Part shown: positions 37,510 to 50,545 of the stretch, in pieces
How the letters are laid out: each line of letters starts with the position of its first letter
How positions within the stretch are numbered: position 1 is the first letter of the stretch
Source of the DNA: Trichosphaerium sp. ATCC 40318
Taxonomy: Eukaryota; Protista; Tubulinea
Direction of reading: 5' to 3'
DNA: 64,000 nt
NCBI GenBank assembly: GCA_038496445.1
Contig: JALMLS010000571.1
Coordinates: forward strand, 1-64,000
The notes under the pieces: model-generated
Database searches by the model: none
What the model was told of the DNA's origin: nothing
Seen by the model: the letters and a program-made list of their open reading frames with translations, nothing else
Made by a program: the position numbers and the translations under genes

Positions 37510-40500
37510 TTAAAGTCTTGTACTTATTATTGAAGAGGAGTTCTTGCTTGGTGCTGTTCTTCTCTTTGCTTTACCGTCAACTCTCTTTCTCGGAATTTCC
37601 CTCTGTTCTCTTGCACTTAGTACCATTCTATCAAATTTTTGAACACGTGTTAGTCTGTCTTTTTGAAGTGATTGCCATTCCCTCTCTTTTTGTAAAAGCC
37701 TAAAACAGTATCAACAAAGCAACAATCACTCAAAACTTGGCGGAGGAAAAAAGCTAACCTAATGATATTTTGAGCCTTTTCCAAGTTCTCCAGTAGTACA
37801 TGAGTCAACGGTTTGTTCTGAACTAATTGAGTGTTAATCCTGTTTTTTCTTGGTCGGGTTACCTTCGTTTCCCCATAAGTGTCTTGTAGTCTTTGAAGCA
37901 TATCGTCTATCCATGAAAGAAACAGGAGGATTTCTAGGTACAGAAACCTTTCTGTCTCTTCTATTAAATGCAGCAGTCTTCTGATCAACACTGGATCCTT
38001 CTGATTTCTCTTCAAGCACTTGTTCTTGATTATCAAACAATTCTTTCTCTTTACAACGAACTATGTATTTAGGAAGAGCTTGAGCGTCTTTCACAAAAAA
38101 AATTAGTCAAGATCCTTGGAAGACCTGTATGTCTCTATTACCATTCGAAATGACAACTTCTAGACAGAACTTATCTTTAGATTCATCAAATACCTCATAA
38201 TTAGGAGGAAAGCCATCATGGTCAACTAAAGAATAAAATAAGATAAAGGTAGAACAAAACGCAATTGAAAAAAAAAGAAGCTTGTAGTTACCAACTGCAA
38301 CATGAGATTGATATCCTGGACGTATAGGTAGTCCCATTAAACTGACATTTGTCATAGGGTGTTCTATAACTGGGTACACACTACCTACGATAAGAGGTCA
38401 ATTAATGAATGAATGAGTCATTTTATAGTTGGGTACCTAAAACAACCCAAGAGATTACAATAATTTTTTCAGTTGTATTCTTACTGAAAGAAGCCACATA
38501 GTCCAAATCATCGCTAAAGTATGTACCTTAAAATAGATTTTAGCCAGAGTATTTAATAGTGAACATACCCTGACCGTACCATCCTATACATTGATTAAAA
38601 GATAAAGTCAACAACAACTCTTCAAAAAACCAAAAGTGTTTGTTGAAAACAAATCTACTCTACTATCTCATTCATACCTGGGTCTAAAAAAATAGAGTTA
38701 GTAATATTACTTTATACTTGTAAAATATCTCAAAACGTGCCTGATGTATTAACCGCAGCAAAACCATGTGCACTTATATCTTTTGCTTGTTTTTCATTTG
38801 TACCATAAAAAAGAGGTACAACGTATAGACCACTTGGTGTAACATGTCCAAAACGCTTGACATGAGACTTACATATCTGTATTATCTGTCTACGCTCCAT
38901 AGCATCATTAACACCACGACGATTTTGTGAACTTTTAGAATCAACCCAATCTTTTTTATTGAATATTTCAGGAGCGTTCCTAAACTATGGATCAGTCACG
39001 TGAATTTTTATTTTTGAATGAATATTCTAGTACTTGTGTCTATCTTCTATCGTAGTACACAATGAAGAAAATGATTCTCGCAATGCTGGGTTATCTATCG
39101 CTGTCGCCTTCAGAATTTCAAATTTTTTACCAATCATTCCTTTCAGAAACTCAATTTCCTGAGTGACGACTTGCTCTCCTTTGTCTTCCAAAAGGTCATA
39201 GCTTCTATAATCCGTAGTAGAAGATTTATTCTATGCAAATATTATTTAAACACCACAAGTGAAAATCACGTGATAGAAAACGCACAGTATCACAAAAAAG
39301 GTTCCATCCTTGATTGTATTGAAGTTTTGGTGCAAAGCACCATGGAACTTTTGCGTTGTATCCAATACTGTTATTAAAGCTTGTAAACAAGGTAACAATA
39401 TCACTACCCCACCCAAGCACATCTTCAAGATCAGTGAGCTTATATCCACCGAAAGTAGAAGTAAAAGGGTCATCCATAACAGAAAGAACAATCCTCGCTG
39501 TATTTACCTTTTTGTTTCACCAAATAAGCACTTTAAAAAAAACCAATTGACTTACATCTCCTCTTGTGCACATATCGACAACAGGCGGATATCCATCTGC
39601 ATCAAGACAATAAACATCTCCTCCGTTCTCTAAAACTTTAATAGTCGTCACTTCATCTCCCTAAAACATTCATTAACAAACGACTTCCGGATTGTACATA
39701 CACAATAATGTAAAGCAGACTTTCCAAGTCTGTCCTTTTGATTTATGTCTCCATTAGATCTAACAAGTCTTTCTATTATTTTTGAATGTCCATTGATTGC
39801 TGCAAGGTGCATAGCAGACTTTCCATCCAACTGAGAAACACCAATAAATTCATCTATTTTTTGCTTTTCTGATTCTTCGATAAGCATATTTACAATTGAA
39901 TAACTTCCACTCTCCGCTGCAAAATGGAGAGCATTCTTTCTATCTGTTTTCCTTTGATATGATATATCTGCATCCATACTAATAAGTTCACCAACAAGCT
40001 TTGTCCTGGCTTGACGAGCAGCATACCTTAGCACTACTTAGTTCACCAAAAAAAGCACAAAATGATTGCTTTCTACATGTAAACAAAAACGCTTCAGGTT
40101 CCTTCTACCACAGAAGAAAAGCAACTATAGGTATACAAGAAATGAAGGATCGAGTTAAAATTACTACTTGAGCTCGAGCTCTGCTTTGAAGCGTACATTA
40201 ATGGTGTGGTTCCTTTGTATCTATAAGTAACCATTTAGTTTACAGCACACAAATACATCTATCTCTATACTTACGGATGTGCATCATCTATGTACACGCC
40301 CTTGTGAGCCAAGAATAATACTATATCTTCATGCCCACTCTTTGCTGCAGCAGCGATTGGTGGCACGTTATTCCTTCGAAAAGTTCTTGCTCGGCTTTTT
40401 CCTTTTAACTGCTGTTGAGCATCGAACAGATACTCTACAACTTTCAAATGTCCCTTATGAGCAGCAACGCCTATAGGAGTCATTGTTGATTTACCATCAA

Positions 40501-40855
40501 CAGCCCTAGCCTTGCTCAAGTAAAACTCAGGGGAAAACGTTGTTTGACCAGTTTGAGCACATTCTTTTTCATTTAAGGCGAATATTGCTTTTATCGCCGT
40601 TATGTCACCTTTGTTTCTCATCAGCTTAATTAGCTTCTTTTTTTGTACAATTACAATAATTATTCACGTGCTATCGTACCGTCACTTGCTAATTGCCATA
40701 TTTTATAGCTTTCCTTTGCTGTAGCGGATATACGTTGCCTGAAATTCGTTTAGATGCTATTTGTATTTATTGATGCAGCTTTTTCTTGTGGAGTAACGCC
40801 TTTCTTTGCCTTACCATGACGTATTCCTCCTCAGCGGTTTGTTGCCTTCTGCCAT
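37510..40855 (-). CDS. Ankyrin-repeat plus PARP-like ADP-ribosyltransferase domain protein, many exons
   Basis: ANK motifs TPIGVAAHKGH, ALHFAAESG, SAMHLAAINGH. ART motifs FYGT..A..I...GF, DPGWYGQGTYFS...Y, GYQSH, LEVVISNDAQALPKYIV. Confidence 0.82.
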
Positions 40856-41068
40856 ACGAATCAGCCTAAATCTCCAAGATTTGACAAGACCGTCAGAAAA
40901 AGCTTGAACGCTATTCCGATGTAGATGATATAACACTTCTCGCTCATATTTTACAACGTAAAAATAATGACACTAATATTGGTTCAACAAAATTTTGCCA
41001 TTTAAACGGAATATGCCTTCGTATCAAGTCCTTTTTTATTTTAAACAAATAGAGTCTACAGTATAAGC

Positions 41069-43661
41069 TTAAGCAGCGTGTTCAATATCCCAAGACTTCA
41101 TGGCGCAATCCTAAAATAAACCGTAAGTACTTGTTTTGTTCTGCTTCAAAAAAAAGAAAAGAAATCGCTTTCATGTTCACGTACTTCACCGACGGATACC
41201 AAAGTGTTGTTATCAGTCCATACAACACCGTTACCACCAAGTTTGTGGGCGCCCTTAATCATGACTCTCTTCTTAGAGCTGGCAGGACACCAGACAATAA
41301 TGTTAGAGTCGAGACCAGTAGTAGCAACATGTTTGGAATCAGGAGTCCATGCGATTGCCTTAACACGAGCAGTATGGTATACAAGTCCAGTGACAGCTGG
41401 GTCAGTACCCTTCCAGAGAATGACCTCTCTGTTACTATCACCAGCACCGAGGTATGCACCATCTGGAGAGTATTCGAGGGCGCTTACTTCACCACGATGT
41501 TTCTCCAAAGTGGTTTTCAAGCTGAGGGAGCCACCTGTGATGGAGTAAATGTAGATTTTCTTGTCCTACAATGTGCATTAGTTATCGACGTCCCACACGG
41601 AGCTGAGAAATAAATATCGTACTCTAGAACCGACAGCGACTTCGCTCTCATCTGGGCTGAGGGCGACAGAAGTAGCTGGGCTGTCAAGTTTTTGAGCGCA
41701 AGATTGTTTGCCGTCCTTGAACAAAACAACTCCACTGAGTGTTGAAATAGCAACAAGTCCTGATTTTCCGACAGACAAAGCGGTTGGTTGATCACCAATC
41801 TTGATTCCAGCTCCCCATTCCTACAAAAAAACAGTGAGCTTTCTAACCAATTATTTCTGCTTTTTCCAGCATCAAAGAAATAGGCGTTAGGTTTTTACGC
41901 TTCACTCTACAGCCAATAATACGTACCTTGGTTGAAAGTGGTGTAATCTTGAGGAGATCATCTTTACCGATTGTGTACAAGTTACCCTCAACAACAGCCA
42001 TACCTCTAATTTCAGATTTGTGAGGTTGACCAGTGAATCCCTCAGTTTCAGCGGTTTCTGGAACCCACTCGATGGATTTACCGGTGAAATCACCAGTGTA
42101 AAGCTTGTTGTTACCGTAAGCCAAAGCAGTGATGAGTTTGTTGTGACCCTAAAAAAATAACGTTAACACATAGATAACTTAAAATATTTTTGTAAACAAA
42201 GCAATACCATTTGAACACGAAGTGGTTTGTCAGGGTTGTTACGATCCAAAAAGTTAATGTTACCGTTCAAACTGACAGTGATAAGGTGCTCTCCTTGCCA
42301 CAAGCAACCAAGTTGTTGATGATCAACGTGGTTAGGGAAGGTAAACGTGCTAGAAGGAAAATTAACGAATAAATAATTTATGAAAAAAAAAGAATCAAAT
42401 ATTAACATGTAACTCCTGCCATTGGGCTAAAATAAACATACGTCTCGCTAGCAGCACCATCAGCTACAGTCCAGAGCTTTGCTGTCTTATCAGCAGAGCA
42501 AGTGAGGACTTGCTTGGAGTCTTCACTCCATGAAACACAGAGAATACCTCCTTTGTGCTCATCCTTAAGTGCTCCCTTTTCTTCGGCGGTTTTACCGTCG
42601 TACAAGTATGCCTTCTTATCAGAAGCAACAGAAATGAAGAGAGATCCGTCAGGAGCGAAACGTACGCAGTTAATAAAGCGAGTGTGTTTCTAACAAAAAA
42701 AAAAATAAGTTAGCACAAAATCTCGCTGTAATGGCTCAAAAACGCTTTAAAAATGAGTCTCGTCCAACGAGAATAAAATTGTAGAGAGAAGCGAACGGAC
42801 ATTTTTTTAGTTCACAAAGAAAAAGCTAAAAAGCGAGAAACGTCGCCTTACCACGATGGAAGTGTTCCATTTGAATGGTGGACCTGGGTACCAGTTGTTC
42901 TTGTTATCTTCAGATCCGGTAACGACGCGGTATGGGCGTGTTTGCTTCATATCGCAAGTGGTGATGCATTTGGTGTGGTTGCTAATGTTACCTACAGAAG
43001 CACCTCCATCGGCGAAGAAAGCGTGACCGTACCTTTTGTGCGGGTGAGTTGTGAGGCATTTTTGAAGCAAAAAAAAAAAAGTTTCGGTTTTTTTGACGTT
43101 TAAAAAGTTTTATTGCGTTTTTACGTACTTGGAGCGACCAGCACCGACAACGACAATACGTTTGGAATCAGGAGACCAGCACATATCCAAAACTGCACCA
43201 GAAATTGGTTGGTATTCACCTTTGAGTACGTGGGTCTTGTTTACGGTATCCCAGATTCTACATCTGCCGAGTTTGTCTACAGCGAAGTAATCAACAACCG
43301 CCTCACAAAACTAGCGAAAACGCACCTGCTGAGCAAATGTAGAAACCGCTAGGCGCATATCTAGCACAGGTAACGTCCGATTGATGTTCTTGATATAGCT
43401 CAGCAACGGAAGGGTCCTACAAGATGCGTTAGTGGTGTAGCTAGCGAATGGTACGCACAGAAAGGGAGCGAATCACCACTGCGCCACCACAGCAATACAA
43501 TATATGATCCTTGTTCTTTGGGTCATTACCGAGCAGAACAGGCTTGGCTCGGGTTGTGACAGGAGCAGGAGCGTAAACTTTTTCTTTTCGACGTTAAGGT
43601 TAATAATGGCAACAAGTGTACATAAAAGCAATTACAAAAGGATACTAAGTGTTCCAGACAT
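41069..43661 (-). CDS. WDR1: Actin-interacting protein 1 (WD40)
   Basis: [77 protein letters not shown]. Confidence 0.95.
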
Positions 43662-43917
43662 GTTTTACAGCGGTTGGGACTCGTAAATCTGGAAAACAAC
43701 ACGGTCAAACTCCAGTCATTTTTCTCCCAAGTAAGTTTGCAAAAGAAATAATTTCGTCGAACTTTTTACCAAGGAACTTCACTCGACTTTGTAAAGTACA
43801 AAAGTGGATAACTCATACTATGTTTCCTGTACGTACATAGTGACGTACAAAGGGTGTAATTATACATGTCACATTTTTGTACAAATTGCATTTTTTTTTG
43901 AATTTTACGTTTTTCGT

Positions 43918-45218
43918 TTACATGCCGATGAGCGAATTGATGGGTTTATGAAACTCATGGCGTACTCTAGGGTTGAATATTGTGTATTTTTTCTGAGCAG
44001 GTGACAGTAAATTATAAGCGGCAATGACACCAGTAGCACCACCAGCCTAAGAATGTAAGCAGTTGGATTAAAAAAAAAATGTCAATGAAAAAACTAACCA
44101 AATGAGCACTGTGTGCGAGATTAGACCCAAATAGAACTCTCAATATACCAGTAAGACCTATAACATCCATTGTAGCTATACCGAGCATCCCGTGATACGC
44201 ATAGAAAGGAAACCAAGGCAAAAATATAAGCGATAACTTTATATCAGGATGTGTCACAGCGGTGTATGCTAAAACAGTTTAAATAAATCATTTCTTATTA
44301 ATCCCAACTCTTCTCGTACCAGCTAACGCATAAATAGCTCCACTGGCTCCTATAGCACCCATTGCTGATTTGGCTAGTAGACAACCTGTATAATGACCAA
44401 GAGAACCCCAACAAGCTACAATGTGTCAACAAAACTCATAGTCACCCAAGAAGAATAGCAAAATCCTACCTGCAGAAAGATACAATGCCAAAAATTTTTC
44501 TCTTCCTAGATCCTTATGTACAATCGATCCAATGGCGTTTAGCGCTATCATATTGAAACCCAAGTGAATGAGACTGCCGTGACTGAACGCAGACAGCAGC
44601 ATACTTGGTCCAGAGTACCTGAGCTTGTCCAATGGGTTGTAATGGAAAAGTTTGTATAGATGCTGTGAAATTAGTCTTGGCGCTGCTAGAGTACGGGATG
44701 CAGCGAATATAGCAGTGTTAATAGCTATTATAGAGTATAATGTCGCTTGATGTGGTTCTAGGCTATTAATCTGAGCGGTTATGCGTGTTAATAATGGAGC
44801 CTACGTTAACAAAGCGTTACAAAGGGATTTTGGTTCTCTGATGTACTGTAGTTGATGCTCCGACACTAGCCGTCCTGCCATAAATTTTTCTAGCGCGCCA
44901 AGCGATTAGATTGTTAGTTACAAGTTAAAAACGTACTTTCTTCTAGATTGTATGTAATTGGCAATCGAGAACGTAGATGCAGTGACAGCAGCGCATATGG
45001 CCAACTGAGGTACTCCAGCGCCTCGGTAACTTTTTTGATACAATGTAGCCCAATTAGAACGTTGAACGCTATTTTGAGCTCCCATTGATCTATTATACCA
45101 CTTGTGCACCTAATAGGCGCCACCGATTGAATTGCAAGTCTTTGGTATTCTGCAGAAAACAGAACACAATATCTGACATTTTATGAGCAAGGAAAAGACG
45201 ACCACATGTCGCTAGCAT
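43918..45218 (-). CDS. PARL: Mitochondrial rhomboid protease (PARL/Pcp1-like)
   Basis: SAFSHGSLIHLGFNMIAL, GASGAI (catalytic Ser), AHSAHL.G (catalytic His); presequence-like MLATCGRLFLAHK. Confidence 0.88.
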
Positions 45219-45383
45219 TGGTTGTTGTATAGAAATTAAATTGACAACATTGACACCTTGAAAGGCTTGCATAGAATTAGACGTAAGATAGTTTATTTTA
45301 CAAGTGTAAGTGAGCGCTATACCAGTTATCAACTTTTTGATAAGTCTGAGCTCAGTGTTTTTTAGTGTCATTTTTTGTTATTT

Positions 45384-48158
45384 TCAATTTTGTTTGTAAG
45401 GTAGCAAGAAGAATCGAACAGGTAATTCCTTACTTATTTCCAAGTTTGTTATCTCCATGGCATTATCACTTACAGTGAACTCGATGTCTTTTGGTTCGAA
45501 TATGCTACCATTCTTTACTTCTCTTAGATTACGAGGACCGATTGATGTTGCATTGATTCGACTTGATAATCCAAACACGAGGCTGTCTATTCTGTGATCT
45601 ACAAAATGCCAGTGATCGCTTATATCGACGTGACACCAAAAATTGCTGTATCCACTTGCATCAAAACTAAACATCAACGTCAGAAAGAACAAGTATTTTT
45701 TGATTCCAAAAAAACAACTGTTGAAGAAAGCCGTTGAGAGTTTCAATGAAAAACAGTTTAGCCAGTGGAGTATGCTTGTGTTAGTTGCTAAACGAGTGTA
45801 GAGTATAATTGAGAAACATTCATATGGCAGAATAGGTATGCACTACGGTACCTTACTACTACTATGAGCATCGTATCATCATTTCGTATAACTTGAGTGA
45901 GCGACCTTATTGATTTTATTGGATCTCCTTGATCTGATGACTTTATGATAACGGAATCAATATCCCCTGTCCGTAGTATATGCCTAAAAATCAATATTAG
46001 AATGATAGACAAGCACGTGTCGAGTTGTGAGTGCTTAGCATATTCTTTTTTATTCTTTCAAAAGAAATACCTCATTTGCGGAAGCTTTATTGATTGGAGT
46101 AACGGCTTGACTGTGGTTTTCCAACCAGGTTGTGCGGTCATATATTTTTCAACGGATTGAAATAACGTCATACCTTTAGCTCCAGAGATAAGTACTGACG
46201 CCATTTGAACCTACAACAAAAAACCGGTTTTAGAACAAGATTATCAAAGTCTGTTTTGATGATTTCTCTTTTTTTTGCGTTAAAAATTTTTGCACGTGTT
46301 TTTTTTTCCTTTGTTAGACATACCGCAATCTCATTACCATGAGGTTCTACGCCCCATCCTCCATATAGCTGAGAATAAGTCATACTAGGCTAACAAAATG
46401 ATAAACACGGATGTTGGAACAAAGATGAATAAGTACAAGTGGCATGTGGTTGTTTCTTGCGTTCTTCACATAAGCATAAGAAGCTTGGAGTGGCAGGTCA
46501 TATTTTATGGGTATTATAGTAGGTGCACATCCAGCGATATAAAAATCAAGCCCTTTTTGAAAAGAAAACTAAAGTTAGAGCACAGACATTCACTGACTTA
46601 AACTAAAATTATCACTTACCCTGTATATCACCAATACCTGAGAATGCTCCGTTGTGTCTGTTTGTTTTACCTCCTTGATAAGTGAGTACACTTGGGTATC
46701 TAGAAATTATTACGAATGATGGTAGAGACGAAGGAAAGTAAGTACTGGTTTTGAACTTGTATTGATGTTTCAAGTGTCTCTCTTAAGGATTGGTCGAGTT
46801 CTCCGTCATTCTCGTCAGCTAAGAAAGCAGCAGAAACAAAATTATATCTCTGTGAAGCGTCTACTCCACTCAATGAGGTTGCCGAAACCCAGGCGTAGAA
46901 ACCATCTTTTGCAGTCAGACTGTTCAGGAAATCTTGAACAGAAATATTACTACAAAGCATTTCTGAACCAACTACCAACACAGTGTCTATTCCAGCGGAC
47001 TTAAGCTCTTGCCAGTTAGTATCGTTTCCCTATTGTCCTGGTATAAGCAAATCGTAATAGGTGTGCAAGAGGAAGTGTAATAATTACATACACCAGGAAA
47101 GGAGCAATCAGTGCTCCTTGGCCATACTTCAACTGGAAACCGTTGCTCAGGTGTACGTCCACCATTTGCAATACTTGTGCCATTGTTGAGTAAAACACGG
47201 AACGAAAAATACTATTTGAGTTTGATTAACACTCATGCAAGACTGTAAAGTAATGTTGTACCTCGCCTCGCTTCTTGAAAATACCAGAATCAAAAGTTAA
47301 TACAATATGCTCTTGCGGGCCAAGAATTGCTGGTAATGTAGGTTTTGAAACTACAGGAATACCATCAAAGAGTACTGAAGAAATAGTGGACTATAAACAA
47401 TCAATAATACGCTTACTGGTAAAAAACAAGCAAGAAAGTAGGTAAACACGTGCCGTTTGTGTTGTATGGTAGTTATGCACGTGTGCTATCCAACGTTGTG
47501 GATATGTATCCGTTAAAGGTGTTATCCATGTTACGAGCGTTGAATATGTCTGTGGCATCCACATTCCTTCAAAACAAGTACCAGCTTGAGAAGTAACCTA
47601 AAGAGAAGCCAAAAGTTTAGTTTTCCATTTTCGTTTTCGTGTTTCTTATTTTTTTGGTAATAAGAGACGTACTGTTATTGTAAGAGGTTGTTTACCATCA
47701 AACCATGCCACATTTCTAGAGTGGAATGATACAACGAGTTGTCTAAGGGTGACGCTAAATTAGCTTCTTTTATTTGTTTAGAGTTTTTTGTACCGCGTTG
47801 TTTGCACGTAGTTCGGCCGTGCCCAATCGAAATAGGTGAAATCTGGTGAAACTGTAGCAAGACCTACGGCAGATTGGCCGTTTATGAGCACACTATCTAA
47901 AATGCCAAAAACAGCAGTGTTCGGGATTGTAGCTATCAAGTGCACGCGTCCACCGTCAATTGGATCTGGTTGTTTGTATTCTGGGTAGACATCCCTTGGA
48001 AGGAAGTAATCTGCAATAATAAGCGCCTGAATACATTATCTATGCTTGCCTTTGCGGTACTGGCCATACACTTGCATGTTTCCGCACTGAGCTTTAGATT
48101 CAGGTTGGCATACGCCTAATATTGCGTACAACGCTAACAACAGTAGTAAGCGTTGCAT
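45384..48158 (-). CDS. Large secreted beta-rich protein of unknown function, many exons
   Basis: Signal peptide MQRLLLLLALYAILGVC; consecutive exons bounded by GT-AG; no family recognised. Confidence 0.55.
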
Positions 48159-48406
48159 CGAACGATAGATCAACTTTTCTATCAACCGCGGAAAAAAATC
48201 CGTTAAGCCAAGGAAACCATATTAGAATGACTTGCTATATTGGTACGGTGATTAAGTGTAGCTAACTTCCTTTTTCGGCGCTAAAGTAACCTACTTGGTA
48301 CACCAACAAGTCGTAGTTTGTTTTTGTGTACTACTCTGTAAAAGACAAACATGACATTCTGAGCTAAGCCAACTTTTTGTTCCAACACAAATAAAACTCC
48401 ACCCTT

Positions 48407-49702
48407 ATGGAAGTACAGCAAACCCAACAATCTCTGCCGCATTTGATAGTGTTTCAGGTACCCGATAACTGTTTAGTAAGCAATATTTGTAATTTCGCAA
48501 TATAGCATGGTTTGCATGGTACAGAAGATGACTTTGCTAACATGGTTGGCTTGTTTAGTAAAGATAAGACTAATTCAATTATGGTGGTACGTTTTTACAA
48601 ACAAATGGCAGTATATTGATTGTGAAAGTAAAGCATCGCCTTGTGAATGGTGCAGGGAGAACAGAAGAAGGAGTTAGAAAATGTGGAGAGATTATGGCTA
48701 AAGAGGTATAATAACGACTCCCTACGCGTACGAATACACTAATTGATGGTTTGTAAAGCTCGTTGACTACACTAAACAAATTCAACTTCCAGACAACTCC
48801 AAACTATCTATTGTAGGCCATTCTCTGGGAGGTATAACTGCACGGTATGCCCTAGGTGAATTATATCGTTCAGGCTTCCTTCAACGTTTTAAACTTTACG
48901 TGCGTTTCCCAAAAACAAAAAAGTAACTAACGCTCCGGTTAGATGTACATGTCTATTGCCTCTCCACACTGTGGGTCAATCAGATCAAAGAAAAGTTTTT
49001 TTACGCCCTTAGCACACTTTGTAACTCGTCGATATAATCAAACAGGTACACGCACGTGGAGACACAGACACTAGAGCGTTGTGGCACCAAAAAATCCCCA
49101 AAAACAGTTTCCTCTTTTTTTCTCATTTTGTATCGCCTACACCAATATCGGCTAGTCATAGCGAAGTATCGTATAATTATAACGTGATATTAATTCGAAA
49201 TAATGATTTAAATTGTTTTATAGGTATAGATTTGATGATGGAAGACGAAGAAAATATTATGACTCGTATTTGCAAATCGCCTTATATTGACGCCCTAGCT
49301 GCTTTTGAAAAACGTGTACATTACGCTAACATAGCTAATGATATATCTGTACCTTTCTGTACATCGGCACTACTTCCAAAAAACCCTTATCGATCAGTGA
49401 TTGGCAAGAAAGGGTCCAAACAAATTCTGTCAGGGTCAGAAAAATACCCGAATGTTGTCAAGAATCAACTTGATGTTGATGATATTGAAGCTGCATTACA
49501 GACTGGTTTTAGTGATCAAGAAAAGTCAGAAGATATTATAAGTATCATAAAAGCATTGAGAGCTCTTGAGTGGAAGCGTTTTGATGTACACTTTAATAAC
49601 TATGCTGCACATATTCAAATTGTTTGGAAGATCTGGCGCCTAGGTTCACAGAATGTTGCCCAACACGTGGTTGATGTTTTAGAAGGCACTATAACTGTAT
49701 AA
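48407..49702 (+). CDS. DUF676 putative lipase (alpha/beta hydrolase)
   Basis: HLIVFQHGLHG, SIVGHSLGG..ARYA, ASPHCG, F.KRVHYANIAND.SVPFCTS, AHIQI. Confidence 0.88.
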
Positions 49703-49792
49703 AATAAATAAAAATAGGACACTGGAAAGTGTAATTCAAAGTAACATTACTCTGTGCTTCCAATATTAAAACCCTCTGTGTTTACATTAGTT

Positions 49793-50315
49793 CTAGGTAA
49801 TTAGAAGAGAACGGTAATTACAATGCTTTATTAACTTACCGTCCTCATTCCACTCCTTGTATTCTCCCTCCTTGCTATTATTTACATAGTTACATTTCAC
49901 TTTTAGTTGGCCATTACTATGCCATTCCTTGCATTCTCCTTCTTGCATTCCATACATATACTGACATTGTTTGACCAATTGACCATCGTCATTCCAGAAC
50001 AAGTACACTCCATGACGTTGACCATGCCTCCACGATTCCATGCGTGTTGTAATTGTAATACCTTTCTTGTTTACAATCCTAGTTTTCCACTTGCCATGTT
50101 TTTTACACCTATAATCAAACCTTGTAGAAGTCGCTGTAAATTTCGAAAGCAATGGCCACTTCTTGTAAAGGTGATAGTCTAAATCGCTAATATCAAGTTG
50201 TAACTCCAGTGGAAGATAAAATAAGTGATAATGGCCTGAATTCGGGCTCTTTATCTACAATACTATCAGAATTATTTACCACCTAACTTCACAGTACTGA
50301 GCGTTTCAGTGCCAT
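49793..50315 (-). CDS. F-box-like plus MORN-variant repeat protein (paralog of 14439-15142), with a 43-nt 5' intron
   Basis: LFYLPLELQLDISDLDYHLYKKWPLLSKFTATSTRFD..KKHGKW aligns with the 15 kb copy; repeats EGECKEWHSNGQL..C.Y. Confidence 0.8.
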
Positions 50316-50545
50316 GGTTCCTGTTAGAAAATGAACTCTTGTATTCTCTGGTTGTGTCCTCAAGTGATTGTTCGTATTAAAAGCAGCAAGACAGGGCTGT
50401 GTGTTCAAAGAATGGATACAAGAAATAATTGGACCAGTACAATTGTGTAGCCTTGCTCTGCGGTAAAATGTGTGCTCACTGTTTGACACTTGCTGTCGCA
50501 TTAGATTTCGCATAGTAATATGCCTTACAAGTGTTTTAAGACTGT

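Noticed and set aside
41131-41798. Several long + strand ORFs
   Set aside because: They are antisense shadows of the codon-biased WDR1/AIP1 exons.
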